Assembly: GCA_035306065.1 (NCBI GenBank)
Contig: DATGOL010000029.1
Coordinates: 5,156 to 69,155, forward strand
From: Gemmatimonadales bacterium
GTDB lineage: Bacteria > Gemmatimonadota > Gemmatimonadetes > Gemmatimonadales > Gemmatimonadaceae
Direction: 5' to 3'
Length of the DNA stretch: 64,000 nucleotides
Part shown: in pieces, positions 47,750 through 56,418 of the stretch
How positions within the stretch are numbered: position 1 is the stretch's first letter
Layout of the letters: every line of letters begins with the position of its first letter
Position numbers and translations under genes: made by a program
Notes under the pieces: model-generated
What the model saw: the letters and a program-made list of their open reading frames with translations, nothing else
What the model was told of the DNA's origin: nothing
The model's database searches: none

Positions 47750-47786
47750 GAACCCAACGGCATCGAATTGCGATGCCGTTGGGTTC
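47750..47786. terminator. perfect 16-bp hairpin downstream of ald (terminator-like, no U-tract)
   Basis: GAACCCAACGGCATCG-AATTG-CGATGCCGTTGGGTTC. It lies 36 nt beyond the ald stop on the minus-strand transcript. No T-run follows on the minus strand. Confidence 0.45.
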
Positions 47787-47822
47787 TGAACTGGCTGGGC
47801 GAATCTATCAGCGAACTGACGG

Positions 47823-48938
47823 CTACACCAGAACCGACTGGGGATCCGTGAACGGGAGGTCGAAGGCTTCTGCAACAGCAGCATAGGTAACCTTGCCTTC
47901 GGCGATGTTCAGCCCCTTGAGCAGTGCTGCGTTGTCACGCAGCGCCGTCTTCCAGCCCTTGTTCGCCAGTTGCAGCGCGTAGGGAAGCGTCGCGTTCGTA
48001 AGTGCCAGCGTGGAAGTACGAGGCACACCTCCCGGCATGTTGGCAACGGCGTAGTGAATCACGCCGTCCACCTCATACACCGGATTCTCATGCGTGGTCG
48101 GATGGCTCGTCTCGATGCAGCCGCCCTGATCCACCGCCACGTCCACCACCACTGCGCCCGGCTGCATGATCGCCAGGTCTTCGCGGCGAACGAGCTTGGG
48201 CGCCTTGGCACCCGGCACCAGCACCGCGCCCACAACGACGTCCGCAGTTCGAAGCGATTCCAGAATATTGAACCGGTTGGAATACAGAGTCTTGACGTTG
48301 GCAGGCATGACATCCGCCAGATAGCGAAGGCGCTCGAGTGACAGGTCGAGGATCGTCACGTCTGCTCCGAGCCCCGCTGCCATCTTCGCTGCGTTCACGC
48401 CAACCACACCACCTCCGATCACCACGACCTTTCCTGGCTGAACTCCGGGAACGCCGCCGAGCAGCATGCCGCGACCGCCGTACAGCTTCTCCAGGTACTT
48501 GGCTCCCTGCTGCACGCTCATGCGGCCGGCCACTTCGGACATGGGGGTGAGCAGCGGAAGCTCGCGGGACGGCAATTCCACCGTTTCATACGCAATGCAA
48601 ACGGCGTTGCTGTCGAGGTGCGCACGCGTAAGGCGCTCGTCGGCAGCGAAGTGGAAGTAGGTGAAGATGGTCTGTCCGGCGCGCATGCGCGGCCATTCAG
48701 GCTCGATGGGCTCCTTCACTTTCATGATCATGTCCGCCTCGCGCCACACTGCATCCGCGTCAGGCAGGATTGTGGCACCGGCCGCCTCGTAGATCTCGTC
48801 TTCGAAGCCGCTTCCAAAGCCGGCAGTGTGCTCAACGAAAACCTGGTGGCCGGCTGCAACCAGTGCCTCAACCCCTGCGGGCACCAGTGCCACACGATTC
48901 TCGTTTGTCTTTATTTCCTTCGGAACGCCGATCTTCAT
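47823..48938 (-). CDS. ald: alanine dehydrogenase
   Basis: [24 protein letters not shown]...GH.V.VE..AG.GSGF.D..Y..AGA, with NAD fold [28 protein letters not shown]. Confidence 0.93.
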   Translation of the reverse strand: MKIGVPKEIKTNENRVALVPAGVEALVAAGHQVFVEHTAGFGSGFEDEIYEAAGATILPDADAVWREADMIMKVKEPIEPEWPRMRAGQTIFTYFHFAADERLTRAHLDSNAVCIAYETVELPSRELPLLTPMSEVAGRMSVQQGAKYLEKLYGGRGMLLGGVPGVQPGKVVVIGGGVVGVNAAKMAAGLGADVTILDLSLERLRYLADVMPANVKTLYSNRFNILESLRTADVVVGAVLVPGAKAPKLVRREDLAIMQPGAVVVDVAVDQGGCIETSHPTTHENPVYEVDGVIHYAVANMPGGVPRTSTLALTNATLPYALQLANKGWKTALRDNAALLKGLNIAEGKVTYAAVAEAFDLPFTDPQSVLV

Positions 48939-48995
48939 GATTGCTCGTTGAAAAACGTGAACGTCGACCCGACACAGCTGCGTGCTTCAGCTGCG

Positions 48996-50264
48996 TCAGC
49001 CGCGCCCTCGAGGCCCCAGCGTCTGCACGCTCTGGCTTGCGGGTGCGAAGAAGTCGCGGCAAACAGCTGCCGCATCGTCGGCTGTAATACCCTCGACGAT
49101 TGCCAGCACCTCATCCAGCGAACGATACGGAACCCCGTAAAGGTCGGTCGCTGCCGCACGATACATCCGTGCGCCCACACTCTCCATCGAGAAGGTAAGC
49201 GCGCCCTTCATCTGGTTCCGGCCAGCCAGGAGCTCCTCTGCGGTGAGGCCTTCCGCACACACTCGCTCGAGCTCCGCCTCCACCACCCTCACAGCCTCCT
49301 CCGCCGACTCCGGAGCAGTAGCCAGGTATACGCCGTGCACTCCAACGTCTACATGGAATGACTGGAACGTATACACACTGTAGGCAAGCCCCAACTCCTC
49401 GCGAACCTTCTGGAACAACCGCGAGCTCATGCCGCCACCCAGTGCGGTTCCCACCAGCGACACCGCGTAGCGCCGCTCGTCTCCGTACTTGACGGTCGCA
49501 GACCCCAGAACGGCATGTGTCTGTGACAGCGCCCTGTTCTCGTGTCGCCTGCCCGCGATCGCAGGTGCAATTGGAGGCACCTTCAGCTCTCCCGAACCGG
49601 AACGCGGCACGTCTGCCCAGCCGGCGATCCTCAACTGCTCCAACAGCTGATCGTGCTCCAGATTCCCTGCTGCCGCCACCACTATCCTGTGCGGACTGTA
49701 GGCACGATCGTGCAGGGAACGCAGGTCGGAGACGCTGAGACTCCCCACGGTTTCGCGGGTGCCCAGGATCGGCCAGCCATAGGGGTGTGTTCCCCACTGG
49801 AGCTCGTTATGGAGTTCGAACACCAGGTCATCCGGTGTGTCGTCCACCATGCTGATCTCTTCCAGCACCACCTTGCGCTCGAGTTCCAGATCGCTGTCGC
49901 GCAGAGCGGGCCGGAAGACGAGATCGAACAGAACGTCCGCGGCCTGTGGCAGGTGCTCGTCCAGCACCCGTGCCTGGTAGGCGGTGTGCTCGCGAGTGGT
50001 ATAGGCATCCAGGGAGCCGCCGAGGCTTTCGAGCGCGGTGGCAACCTCACGGGCAGACCGTTTCTCCGTGCCCTTGAACACCATGTGCTCGAGCATGTGC
50101 GAAACGCCCATGCTCTCGAACGGCTCGTGTATGGAGCCGGCGCGCACCCATGCACCTAACGCGATGGAGCGAACACCGGGCACCGTGGTGGAAATCACCG
50201 TCAGTCCGTTAGGCAGCACCGTTCGCGACGGCTCAACATCACCACCGCGCAATCCCGCGGCCAC
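48996..50264 (-). CDS. M16-family zinc peptidase (insulinase/pitrilysin-like)
   Basis: LPNGLTVIS...inverted zinc motif GVSHMLEHMVFKGT...EE. The start is uncertain. The track ORF begins at 50465 and has an ATG at 50420, but both overlap the pnp 3' end (50335). In-frame GTG 50264 gives a typical length of about 420 aa. Confidence 0.82.
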   Translation of the reverse strand: MAAGLRGGDVEPSRTVLPNGLTVISTTVPGVRSIALGAWVRAGSIHEPFESMGVSHMLEHMVFKGTEKRSAREVATALESLGGSLDAYTTREHTAYQARVLDEHLPQAADVLFDLVFRPALRDSDLELERKVVLEEISMVDDTPDDLVFELHNELQWGTHPYGWPILGTRETVGSLSVSDLRSLHDRAYSPHRIVVAAAGNLEHDQLLEQLRIAGWADVPRSGSGELKVPPIAPAIAGRRHENRALSQTHAVLGSATVKYGDERRYAVSLVGTALGGGMSSRLFQKVREELGLAYSVYTFQSFHVDVGVHGVYLATAPESAEEAVRVVEAELERVCAEGLTAEELLAGRNQMKGALTFSMESVGARMYRAAATDLYGVPYRSLDEVLAIVEGITADDAAAVCRDFFAPASQSVQTLGPRGRG

Positions 50265-50334
50265 CCCCCATTGCGAGCCGGCGCCCGCAGGAATAATCCC
50301 GCGGGCGCCGGCATGCTGTCGTGATCGTCTCAAC

Positions 50335-52548
50335 TCAACGCTCGCCGCGCCCGCCGCCTCTACCGCCGCGGCGCGCACCCGATCCACGTCGTTCACCACG
50401 GGCAGGACGCTCTTCGCCATCCGCCTCGGATTCGCCAGACTCCGATGCCCCCGGTTCCGCCTCACCTGCCGGCGGCTCTTCCAGTGCCTTCATCGAAAGT
50501 CGAAGCCGCCCGCGCTCATCACGATCGATGAGCTTCACGCGAACCTTGTCACCCTTGTTCACCACGTCTTCCGTGCGCTCGGTACGCGAGTGCTTGAGCT
50601 CGGAAATGTGAAGCAGAGCTTCGGTACCAGGAAGGATTTCCACGAACGCACCGAATGCAGTGGTGCTCTTCACGGTGCCCTCGTAGATCTCGCCGACAAC
50701 CGGCTCCTGCGTGAGCGCACGGATCATTGCCTGGGCACGTTCCATGTTCTCGCTGCCGACTGCCGCAATCGTCACGGTGCCGTCGTCATCAACACTGACT
50801 TCGGACTCCGTCTCTTCCTGAATGCCGCGGATCGTCTTGCCCTTGGGACCGATGAGATCACCGATCTTGTCAGGCGGAATCTGCAGCGTAACGATGCGCG
50901 GCGCGTAAGGCGACACGTCTCCACGGGGCTCAGAGAGACCCTTCTCCATTTCGGACAGGATGTGAAGGCGGCCCGTACGAGCCTGCTCCAGCGCCTCCTT
51001 CAGGATCTTCAGGTCGAGCCCCTCGATCTTGATGTCCATCTGGATGGACGTGATGCCTTCGGACGTACCCGCAACCTTGAAGTCCATGTCACCAAGGTGA
51101 TCCTCGGTGCCAAGGATGTCCGTGAGGATCGCGTACTTCTTCCCTTCCTTGATGAGACCCATTGCAACACCGGCAACCGCTGCCTTCATCGGAACACCGG
51201 CATCGAACAGCGCGAGTGAACCACCGCACACCGACGCCATTGAAGACGAACCGTTCGACTCCAGGACATCGGACACCACGCGGACCGTATACGGGAAGTC
51301 CTCGTAAGGCGGCAGCACCGACTGCAGCGCACGCTCGGCGAGATGGCCGTGACCGATCTCGCGACGGCTGGTGCCGCGAACCGGACGAACTTCACCCGTT
51401 GAGAACGGCGGGAAGTTGTAATGCAGCATGAACGACTTCGTCGTCTCGGCAGCGTCATCGATGGTATCGAGGCGCTGTGCGTCTGCCTGGGTTCCAAGCG
51501 TTACGACAACGAGAGCCTGCGTCTGTCCACGCGTGAACAGTGCAGAGCCGTGTGCACGCGGCAGCAGCGCGACGTCCGTGGAGATGGCCCGCACTTCGTC
51601 CAGGCCGCGACCGTCCACTCGTGAACCCGTGCGCAGAACCTGATCACGCATGGAGTCGTACTCCGCGTCACCAACGAGGTTCTGGATGTCCTTTGCGTTG
51701 TCCGGGAACTCGGCAAGAAGCAGCTCGCTCAGTTCACGCTTGACGACTGCGACTGCCTCGATGCGCTGATGCTTGTCCTTTCGGTTCAGCGCTTCGGCAA
51801 TGCGTCCTTCGCCGAGTTCCTTTACGCGTGCAACGAGACCCTCGGGCGCTTCCGCCCTGGTCCACGTCATCTTCTCGGCACGATTCTCGGCGAGCATCTC
51901 TTCCTGCAGTGCCACGAGCTCCTTGATGGAGCGATGGCCAACCGCGAGCGCTTCGAGAACGTCGTCTTCACCGACTTCGAGAGCGCCGCCTTCCACCATG
52001 ATGATGGAATCTGCGGAGCCTGCGATGATCAGTTCGAGATCGCTGTACTCTAGCTGCTGGAAAGTGGGGTTAATGACCCACTTGTCCTGGACGCGACCAA
52101 CGCGCACACCCGCAATGGGGCCGAGGAACGGCACCTTGGAAGCGTTGAGCGCGTAGGAGGTGGCCAGGAGGGCGAGTACGTCTGCGTCGTTCTCCTGGTC
52201 GGCGGAGATGACGTAAACGAACACCTGAACTTCGTTCTTGAAGCCGTCAGGAAAGAGCGGTCGGATGGAGCGGTCGATCACGCGCGCTGAGAGGATCTCG
52301 GCGTCGTGAGGCCTGCCCTCACGCTTGATGAATCCGCCGGGAATCTTGCCCGCAGCGTATGTCTTTTCCTTGTATTCCACCGTCAGGGGGAAGAACGGAA
52401 GCGAGCTTTGCGTCTCGCTGACGGTGACTGTGGCGAGTACCATGGTCTCGCCGAACTGTACGACGGCTGCGCCAGCCGCCTGCTTTGCCATGCGTCCGGT
52501 CTCGATAACGAGCCGGCGTCCTGCGAAATTGCGTTCTACGCGTTGCAT
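50335..52548 (-). CDS. pnp: polyribonucleotide nucleotidyltransferase (PNPase) with Arg/Gly-rich C-terminal tail
   Basis: Two RNase PH domains (ETGRMAKQA..., GTSRREIGHG.LAERAL), a KH domain (IGPKGKTIRGIQEE) and an S1 domain (GEIYEGTVKSTTAFGAFVEI). ATG 52548 was chosen over the track's GTG 52566. Confidence 0.96.
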   Translation of the reverse strand: MQRVERNFAGRRLVIETGRMAKQAAGAAVVQFGETMVLATVTVSETQSSLPFFPLTVEYKEKTYAAGKIPGGFIKREGRPHDAEILSARVIDRSIRPLFPDGFKNEVQVFVYVISADQENDADVLALLATSYALNASKVPFLGPIAGVRVGRVQDKWVINPTFQQLEYSDLELIIAGSADSIIMVEGGALEVGEDDVLEALAVGHRSIKELVALQEEMLAENRAEKMTWTRAEAPEGLVARVKELGEGRIAEALNRKDKHQRIEAVAVVKRELSELLLAEFPDNAKDIQNLVGDAEYDSMRDQVLRTGSRVDGRGLDEVRAISTDVALLPRAHGSALFTRGQTQALVVVTLGTQADAQRLDTIDDAAETTKSFMLHYNFPPFSTGEVRPVRGTSRREIGHGHLAERALQSVLPPYEDFPYTVRVVSDVLESNGSSSMASVCGGSLALFDAGVPMKAAVAGVAMGLIKEGKKYAILTDILGTEDHLGDMDFKVAGTSEGITSIQMDIKIEGLDLKILKEALEQARTGRLHILSEMEKGLSEPRGDVSPYAPRIVTLQIPPDKIGDLIGPKGKTIRGIQEETESEVSVDDDGTVTIAAVGSENMERAQAMIRALTQEPVVGEIYEGTVKSTTAFGAFVEILPGTEALLHISELKHSRTERTEDVVNKGDKVRVKLIDRDERGRLRLSMKALEEPPAGEAEPGASESGESEADGEERPARGERRGSGARRGGRGGGRGER

Positions 52549-52688
52549 TGACCGCTGTAGCCTCACTGGTCGAGGGGGCGGGATCTCTTCCCGCGCGGAC
52601 CCACGATTAAGATGACCGCATGCGAAACGCGCGCGGCCTTGTGAGGCAGCGGTCGTCTCGCGTGAACCGCCGGCAAGAGGCCGACGGG

Positions 52689-52728
52689 AACAACAAGCGC
52701 GCGGGCTGCTGGTGCAGACCCGCGCGCT
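52689..52728 (-). terminator. rpsO terminator/attenuator hairpin
   Basis: The minus strand reads AGCGCGCGGG-TCTGCACCAGCAG-CCCGCGCGCT followed by TGTTGTT, 16 nt after the rpsO stop. The 10-bp GC stem has a partial U-tract, so read-through into pnp is plausible. Confidence 0.55.
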
Positions 52729-52743
52729 CCAAATCGACCGTGC

Positions 52744-53004
52744 TCAGTAGCGGAGTCCCAGTTCCTGGATGAGCTGACGATAGCCATCCAGATCCTGCCG
52801 CTTCATGTAGTCCAGAAGCCTACGACGGCGACCAACCATTTTCAGCAGACCCTGCCGGCTGTGGTGGTCCTTGTGATTCTTACGGAAGTGATCCGTGAGA
52901 TAATTGATACGATCAGTCAGCACGGCCACCTGCACCCGCGTGGAACCAGTGTCGGTATCGTGCGTGCGGTGCTTCTCGATGGTCGGTGCTTTATCGAAAG
53001 CCAT
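52744..53004 (-). CDS. rpsO: 30S ribosomal protein S15
   Basis: 86 aa. [45 protein letters not shown] is the S15 signature. Confidence 0.95.
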   Translation of the reverse strand: MAFDKAPTIEKHRTHDTDTGSTRVQVAVLTDRINYLTDHFRKNHKDHHSRQGLLKMVGRRRRLLDYMKRQDLDGYRQLIQELGLRY

Positions 53005-53064
53005 GGTGTATATTCTCCCAACGTCGCGCGGCGCCGAACGCGCCTAAATCAGTTCAATCTGAGT

Positions 53065-53093
53065 AACTTACCGCACCCGAGCTCCCCTGTAAA
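53065..53093 (-). promoter_or_regulatory. sigma70-like promoter for rpsO
   Basis: The minus strand reads TTTACA-N17-TAAGTT, about 60 nt upstream of the rpsO ATG. The leader contains a small GGCGC-GTTCG-GCGCC hairpin and a GGGAGA Shine-Dalgarno sequence. Confidence 0.4.
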
Positions 53094-53104
53094 GGTAGCC
53101 CTCG

Positions 53105-54700
53105 TTGCCTGAACGCCACCTCGGCCGTTCCCTCGGCCGCTATCGCGTGGATTCCCTTCTGGGATCCGGCGGATTCGCCTGGGTCTATCGCGGATTCGAT
53201 CCTGACCTGGAAGTACCCGTAGCGATAAAGGTCCTCAAGCCGCAATTCGCAGGCGACCCCGAGTTCGAGGAGCGCTTTCGACGCGAGGCCTCCACTGCCG
53301 CGCGCCTCAGGCACCCGAATATCGTCACCATCTTCGCAGTAGGTCGCGACGATGGAGCGGTGTACTTCGCCATGGACTACCTGCCGCAGGGTCTCACCCA
53401 GCGGCTCGAACTTAACAACACCCTTCCCGAGCCCACCCTGCTGCGGCTCGGAATCGAGGTGTCGCGCGCCCTCGCCTTCGCTCACCGGGCCGGCGTCATC
53501 CACCGCGATATCAAGGTGGACAACATCCTGTTCGATGACCACGGCAACGCCATCGTGGTAGACTTCGGCATCGCCAGAGCCGCATCCGACGCCGCGAGGG
53601 AAACCAAGACGAACGTTGTCGTTGGTACTCCGCAGTACTTCGCACCCGAGCAGGCTCGTGGGCGGGCAGTGGATGGACGTACGGACATCTACGCACTGGG
53701 AGTTACCCTCTTCCGCGCGGCAACGGGCCAGCTGCCGTTCGAAGGCGAAGACTGGTACGACATCGCCCGTAAACATGTGGAACTGGCGCCGCCGCGCCCG
53801 CGCTCGCTGAACAGGGAGCTCTCCGCAGGCTTCGAGGCCGCAATCCTGAAGTGCCTCGAAAAGCGCCCGGAAGACCGTTACCAGACCGCTGACGAGCTTG
53901 GAACGGCTCTGTCGGAGCTGGCCGGCACCACGGCCGACGCCGCCTCCGAACCCACGCTCACGGTACCGGCCATTCAGCACACCGGTGAGCGCATACTCGA
54001 GAAGCTCAAGCGGAGGCGGCTGGTAATGGCCGCGTCCATCGGTGGTGCGGTGCTGGCGATCGCCATACTCATGTCACTTCTGGACGGCGACTCGACCACC
54101 GAGGCAGTGTTGCCGGCGCAGCCGCAGGTGGCGGAGCTGGCCCCGCTCGTGGTTCCCGCGCCTCAGGACACGAGCGCCGATAGCGTCGTGATGGTCAATG
54201 GGCCACAGGTGGTAACCACCGCGACACTCCGCGTGATCGCTCCTGGTGCGCAAATCCTTCTGGACTCGCGCTCGGTTGGCAGCAACGAATTTCGTCGGTC
54301 GGGGCTGGCACCGGGCGCCTATACGGTCTCCGCCAGGGTGGCATCCATACCGAACTGTCGCTGGGCCGAAGAAACCGAGCGCGTTACCCTCACGAGAGCC
54401 GAGACAACTACGGTTCAGCTTTCTCCACGGCAGTGCGGCAGAATCAGCTTCCCCCGCATTCCGGCCGGAACCACCTACAGACTTTCAGGGCCTGACGGCG
54501 TGCTGCTTACGGCGGATGTTCCGCTCGATGCACCGGTGGTGGTTCCTGCGGGCAACTACACGCTCACGCTCAGCCGGCCCGGCTGCGAGAGCTATGGCCC
54601 CGAGCAGCTCGAGGTTCCACCGGCGACTGCGCAACGGCCGGAGATAATCGAGTGGGCAACCCTGCGCTGCGGCAATGGAAAGCCGGAAGGTGATGGTTGA
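53105..54700 (+). CDS. Hanks-type serine/threonine protein kinase with TM helix and extracytoplasmic PEGA-like repeats
   Basis: GSGGFAWVYRG (Gly loop), VAIKVL (Lys), HRDIKVDNILF (catalytic loop), DFGIAR, and GTPQYFAPEQ. A TM helix (LVMAASIGGAVLAIAILMSLL) is followed by two repeats with P-G-A/N-Y-T motifs. The start is a TTG at 53105 and is uncertain. Confidence 0.88.
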   Translation: MPERHLGRSLGRYRVDSLLGSGGFAWVYRGFDPDLEVPVAIKVLKPQFAGDPEFEERFRREASTAARLRHPNIVTIFAVGRDDGAVYFAMDYLPQGLTQRLELNNTLPEPTLLRLGIEVSRALAFAHRAGVIHRDIKVDNILFDDHGNAIVVDFGIARAASDAARETKTNVVVGTPQYFAPEQARGRAVDGRTDIYALGVTLFRAATGQLPFEGEDWYDIARKHVELAPPRPRSLNRELSAGFEAAILKCLEKRPEDRYQTADELGTALSELAGTTADAASEPTLTVPAIQHTGERILEKLKRRRLVMAASIGGAVLAIAILMSLLDGDSTTEAVLPAQPQVAELAPLVVPAPQDTSADSVVMVNGPQVVTTATLRVIAPGAQILLDSRSVGSNEFRRSGLAPGAYTVSARVASIPNCRWAEETERVTLTRAETTTVQLSPRQCGRISFPRIPAGTTYRLSGPDGVLLTADVPLDAPVVVPAGNYTLTLSRPGCESYGPEQLEVPPATAQRPEIIEWATLRCGNGKPEGDG

Positions 54701-54736
54701 GCCTGCCGGCTCAACGCGAACCAGGTTGTCGCTTGC

Positions 54737-55189
54737 CTAGAAGTTGTAACCGGCCACGAGGCCGACTATCGCGCCGCCCGCTGCCGCAATCCAGAACACG
54801 GTCTGCCGCCAGAAAGGACGCGACGGCGGCTGCATAACGGCAACGTGCTCGGGCTGCACGCGTCTGGTCTGGCCGGTGATCACCGCCTCTGCGGTCGTGC
54901 CCTGCACACCGATCACCCGGAACTCCGCAACGAACTCGTCGTCACGCGCCGGATCTACCGCCTGACCACGCCGCCCCGCCCGCACCCAGCCCTGGCCACC
55001 GATGTTGAAAACGATGGTGGTGTCCTTCACCTGCTCGATCCGGAACCGCGCCAGAAGCGATTGCGCTTCCGCCGCAGTCGGCAGGCAGGCCATGGCAGAC
55101 ATAGCGAAAACCAAGGATGCGAAAAACAACCCGAATCGCCGGGCATTACCAGCAGGATGCTTGCCGAACACGCCCTGGCTCTGCCTCAC
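54737..55189 (-). CDS. hypothetical exported protein with C-terminal TM helix
   Basis: 150 aa. Signal-peptide-like N-terminus (FGLFFASLVFAMSAMACLPTAAEAQS), beta-rich middle, and a C-terminal hydrophobic helix (VFWIAAAGGAIVGLVAGY). The GTG start shares GTGA with the rseP stop. I recognise no family. Confidence 0.45.
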   Translation of the reverse strand: MRQSQGVFGKHPAGNARRFGLFFASLVFAMSAMACLPTAAEAQSLLARFRIEQVKDTTIVFNIGGQGWVRAGRRGQAVDPARDDEFVAEFRVIGVQGTTAEAVITGQTRRVQPEHVAVMQPPSRPFWRQTVFWIAAAGGAIVGLVAGYNF

Positions 55190-56418
55190 GTGAACATTGT
55201 TCGCAGGAGATTGCGTACATCGTTGAACATCACGAATACGAACAGTGCGAGAATGAGCGCAAGACCTGCCCGAAGTATGTACTCCTTGGTGCGTGCACTG
55301 AAGGCGCTCCCCTTTGCGGCCTCCAGGACATTGACGACAATCTGACCACCGTCCAGAATCGGGATCGGAAGCAGGTTGAAGATTCCGATATTAACGCTCA
55401 GGAACGCAAGCAGCGCAAGCAGATTCTCAACGCCGGTCCTGGCCGCCGCAACGGAGATCTGCGCTATCGCAACGGGCCCGCCAAGGTTCTCCATGGACTC
55501 CCGGCCCGTAACCATCCTGCGAAGGATGGTTACTACCGCACCAGCCGCTTCCCAGGTTCTATCCCACCCCAGTGCAGTGGCCTGGCCAATCGGTATTCGG
55601 TCTCTGCCAATCCTGTCGGTGGGAACTGCACCTATACGGCCTTCCAGTCTCTCCTCACCGGTGAGCGGGTTGGTTACCGTCGTTGCTTCCGGCGACAGAC
55701 GGATGGCCACCTCACGGCCGTCGCGCTGCACATCGAGCGTGATCTCCCTGCCTGCATTCGGACCAACTGCCAGCACCAGGTCTTCGAACGTTCGCACGGG
55801 TACGCCTTCAACACGGAGCACGCTGTCTCCCTGTTGCAGTCCTGCACGTGCGGCAGGCATGTCCGCGAGAACAGAATCGATTACCGCGTGGCGATACGGC
55901 GCTCCGTACCAGGCGTACGTTCCGGTAAAGGCAACGAAGCCCAGCGCCACATTCATCGCTACGCCCGCAATGAGTATCAGCAGGCGTGCAGGCAGCGATC
56001 GTGACTCGAAGTACCGCTCCTCTGGAACAGGCTTCGGCCCGAACGGGACCATTGCTTCGGGATCCCAGTCCTCCGGGCGAATGCCCTCGGGAACCTGATC
56101 ATCGCCTGCAATGGTGCCTGCTCCGCTACCGCCAACGGTAGCAGGGACACCATCCCGTGAAGGCAACTTCTCACCGCCGCCCTCGAGCAGTGCCATGGTC
56201 TCGTCTTCGCGTGAGGCCATGCGCACGTATCCGCCGAGTGGCAGCAGCGCGAGTACGTACTCGGTCTCGCCCCAGCGCTTCTTGAGAAGTGCGGGCCCGA
56301 AGCCGATGGAGAAGCGGGGTGCGTACACCCCAACGGCCTTGGCGGCAAGAAAATGTCCGAGCTCGTGCACGAAGATCACGAGTCCGAAAACAACGACTGG
56401 TGCGAGCCAGACTAGCAT
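55186..56418 (-). CDS. rseP: RIP metalloprotease RseP (site-2 protease, M50 family)
   Basis: HELGHFLAAK zinc motif in the first TM helix, PDZ-like middle (GLQQGDSVLRVEG.PV..FEDL), and C-terminal NLLPIPILDGG. Conserved dxr-rseP synteny. Confidence 0.9.
   Translation of the reverse strand: MLVWLAPVVVFGLVIFVHELGHFLAAKAVGVYAPRFSIGFGPALLKKRWGETEYVLALLPLGGYVRMASREDETMALLEGGGEKLPSRDGVPATVGGSGAGTIAGDDQVPEGIRPEDWDPEAMVPFGPKPVPEERYFESRSLPARLLILIAGVAMNVALGFVAFTGTYAWYGAPYRHAVIDSVLADMPAARAGLQQGDSVLRVEGVPVRTFEDLVLAVGPNAGREITLDVQRDGREVAIRLSPEATTVTNPLTGEERLEGRIGAVPTDRIGRDRIPIGQATALGWDRTWEAAGAVVTILRRMVTGRESMENLGGPVAIAQISVAAARTGVENLLALLAFLSVNIGIFNLLPIPILDGGQIVVNVLEAAKGSAFSARTKEYILRAGLALILALFVFVMFNDVRNLLRTMFT

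Noticed and set aside
47741-47790. Possible tRNA, suggested by a GGTTTCGAACC-like string
   Set aside because: The element is a single perfect 16-bp hairpin with a 5-nt loop. There is no cloverleaf, D-arm, anticodon arm or acceptor stem.
50038-51219. 393-aa plus-strand ORF
   Set aside because: It is antisense to pnp and the M16 peptidase gene, with low-complexity Arg/Leu-rich sequence and no motif support.
53054-53980. 308-aa minus-strand ORF
   Set aside because: It is antisense to the Ser/Thr kinase catalytic domain (clear Hanks motifs on the plus strand) and would also run through the rpsO promoter region.
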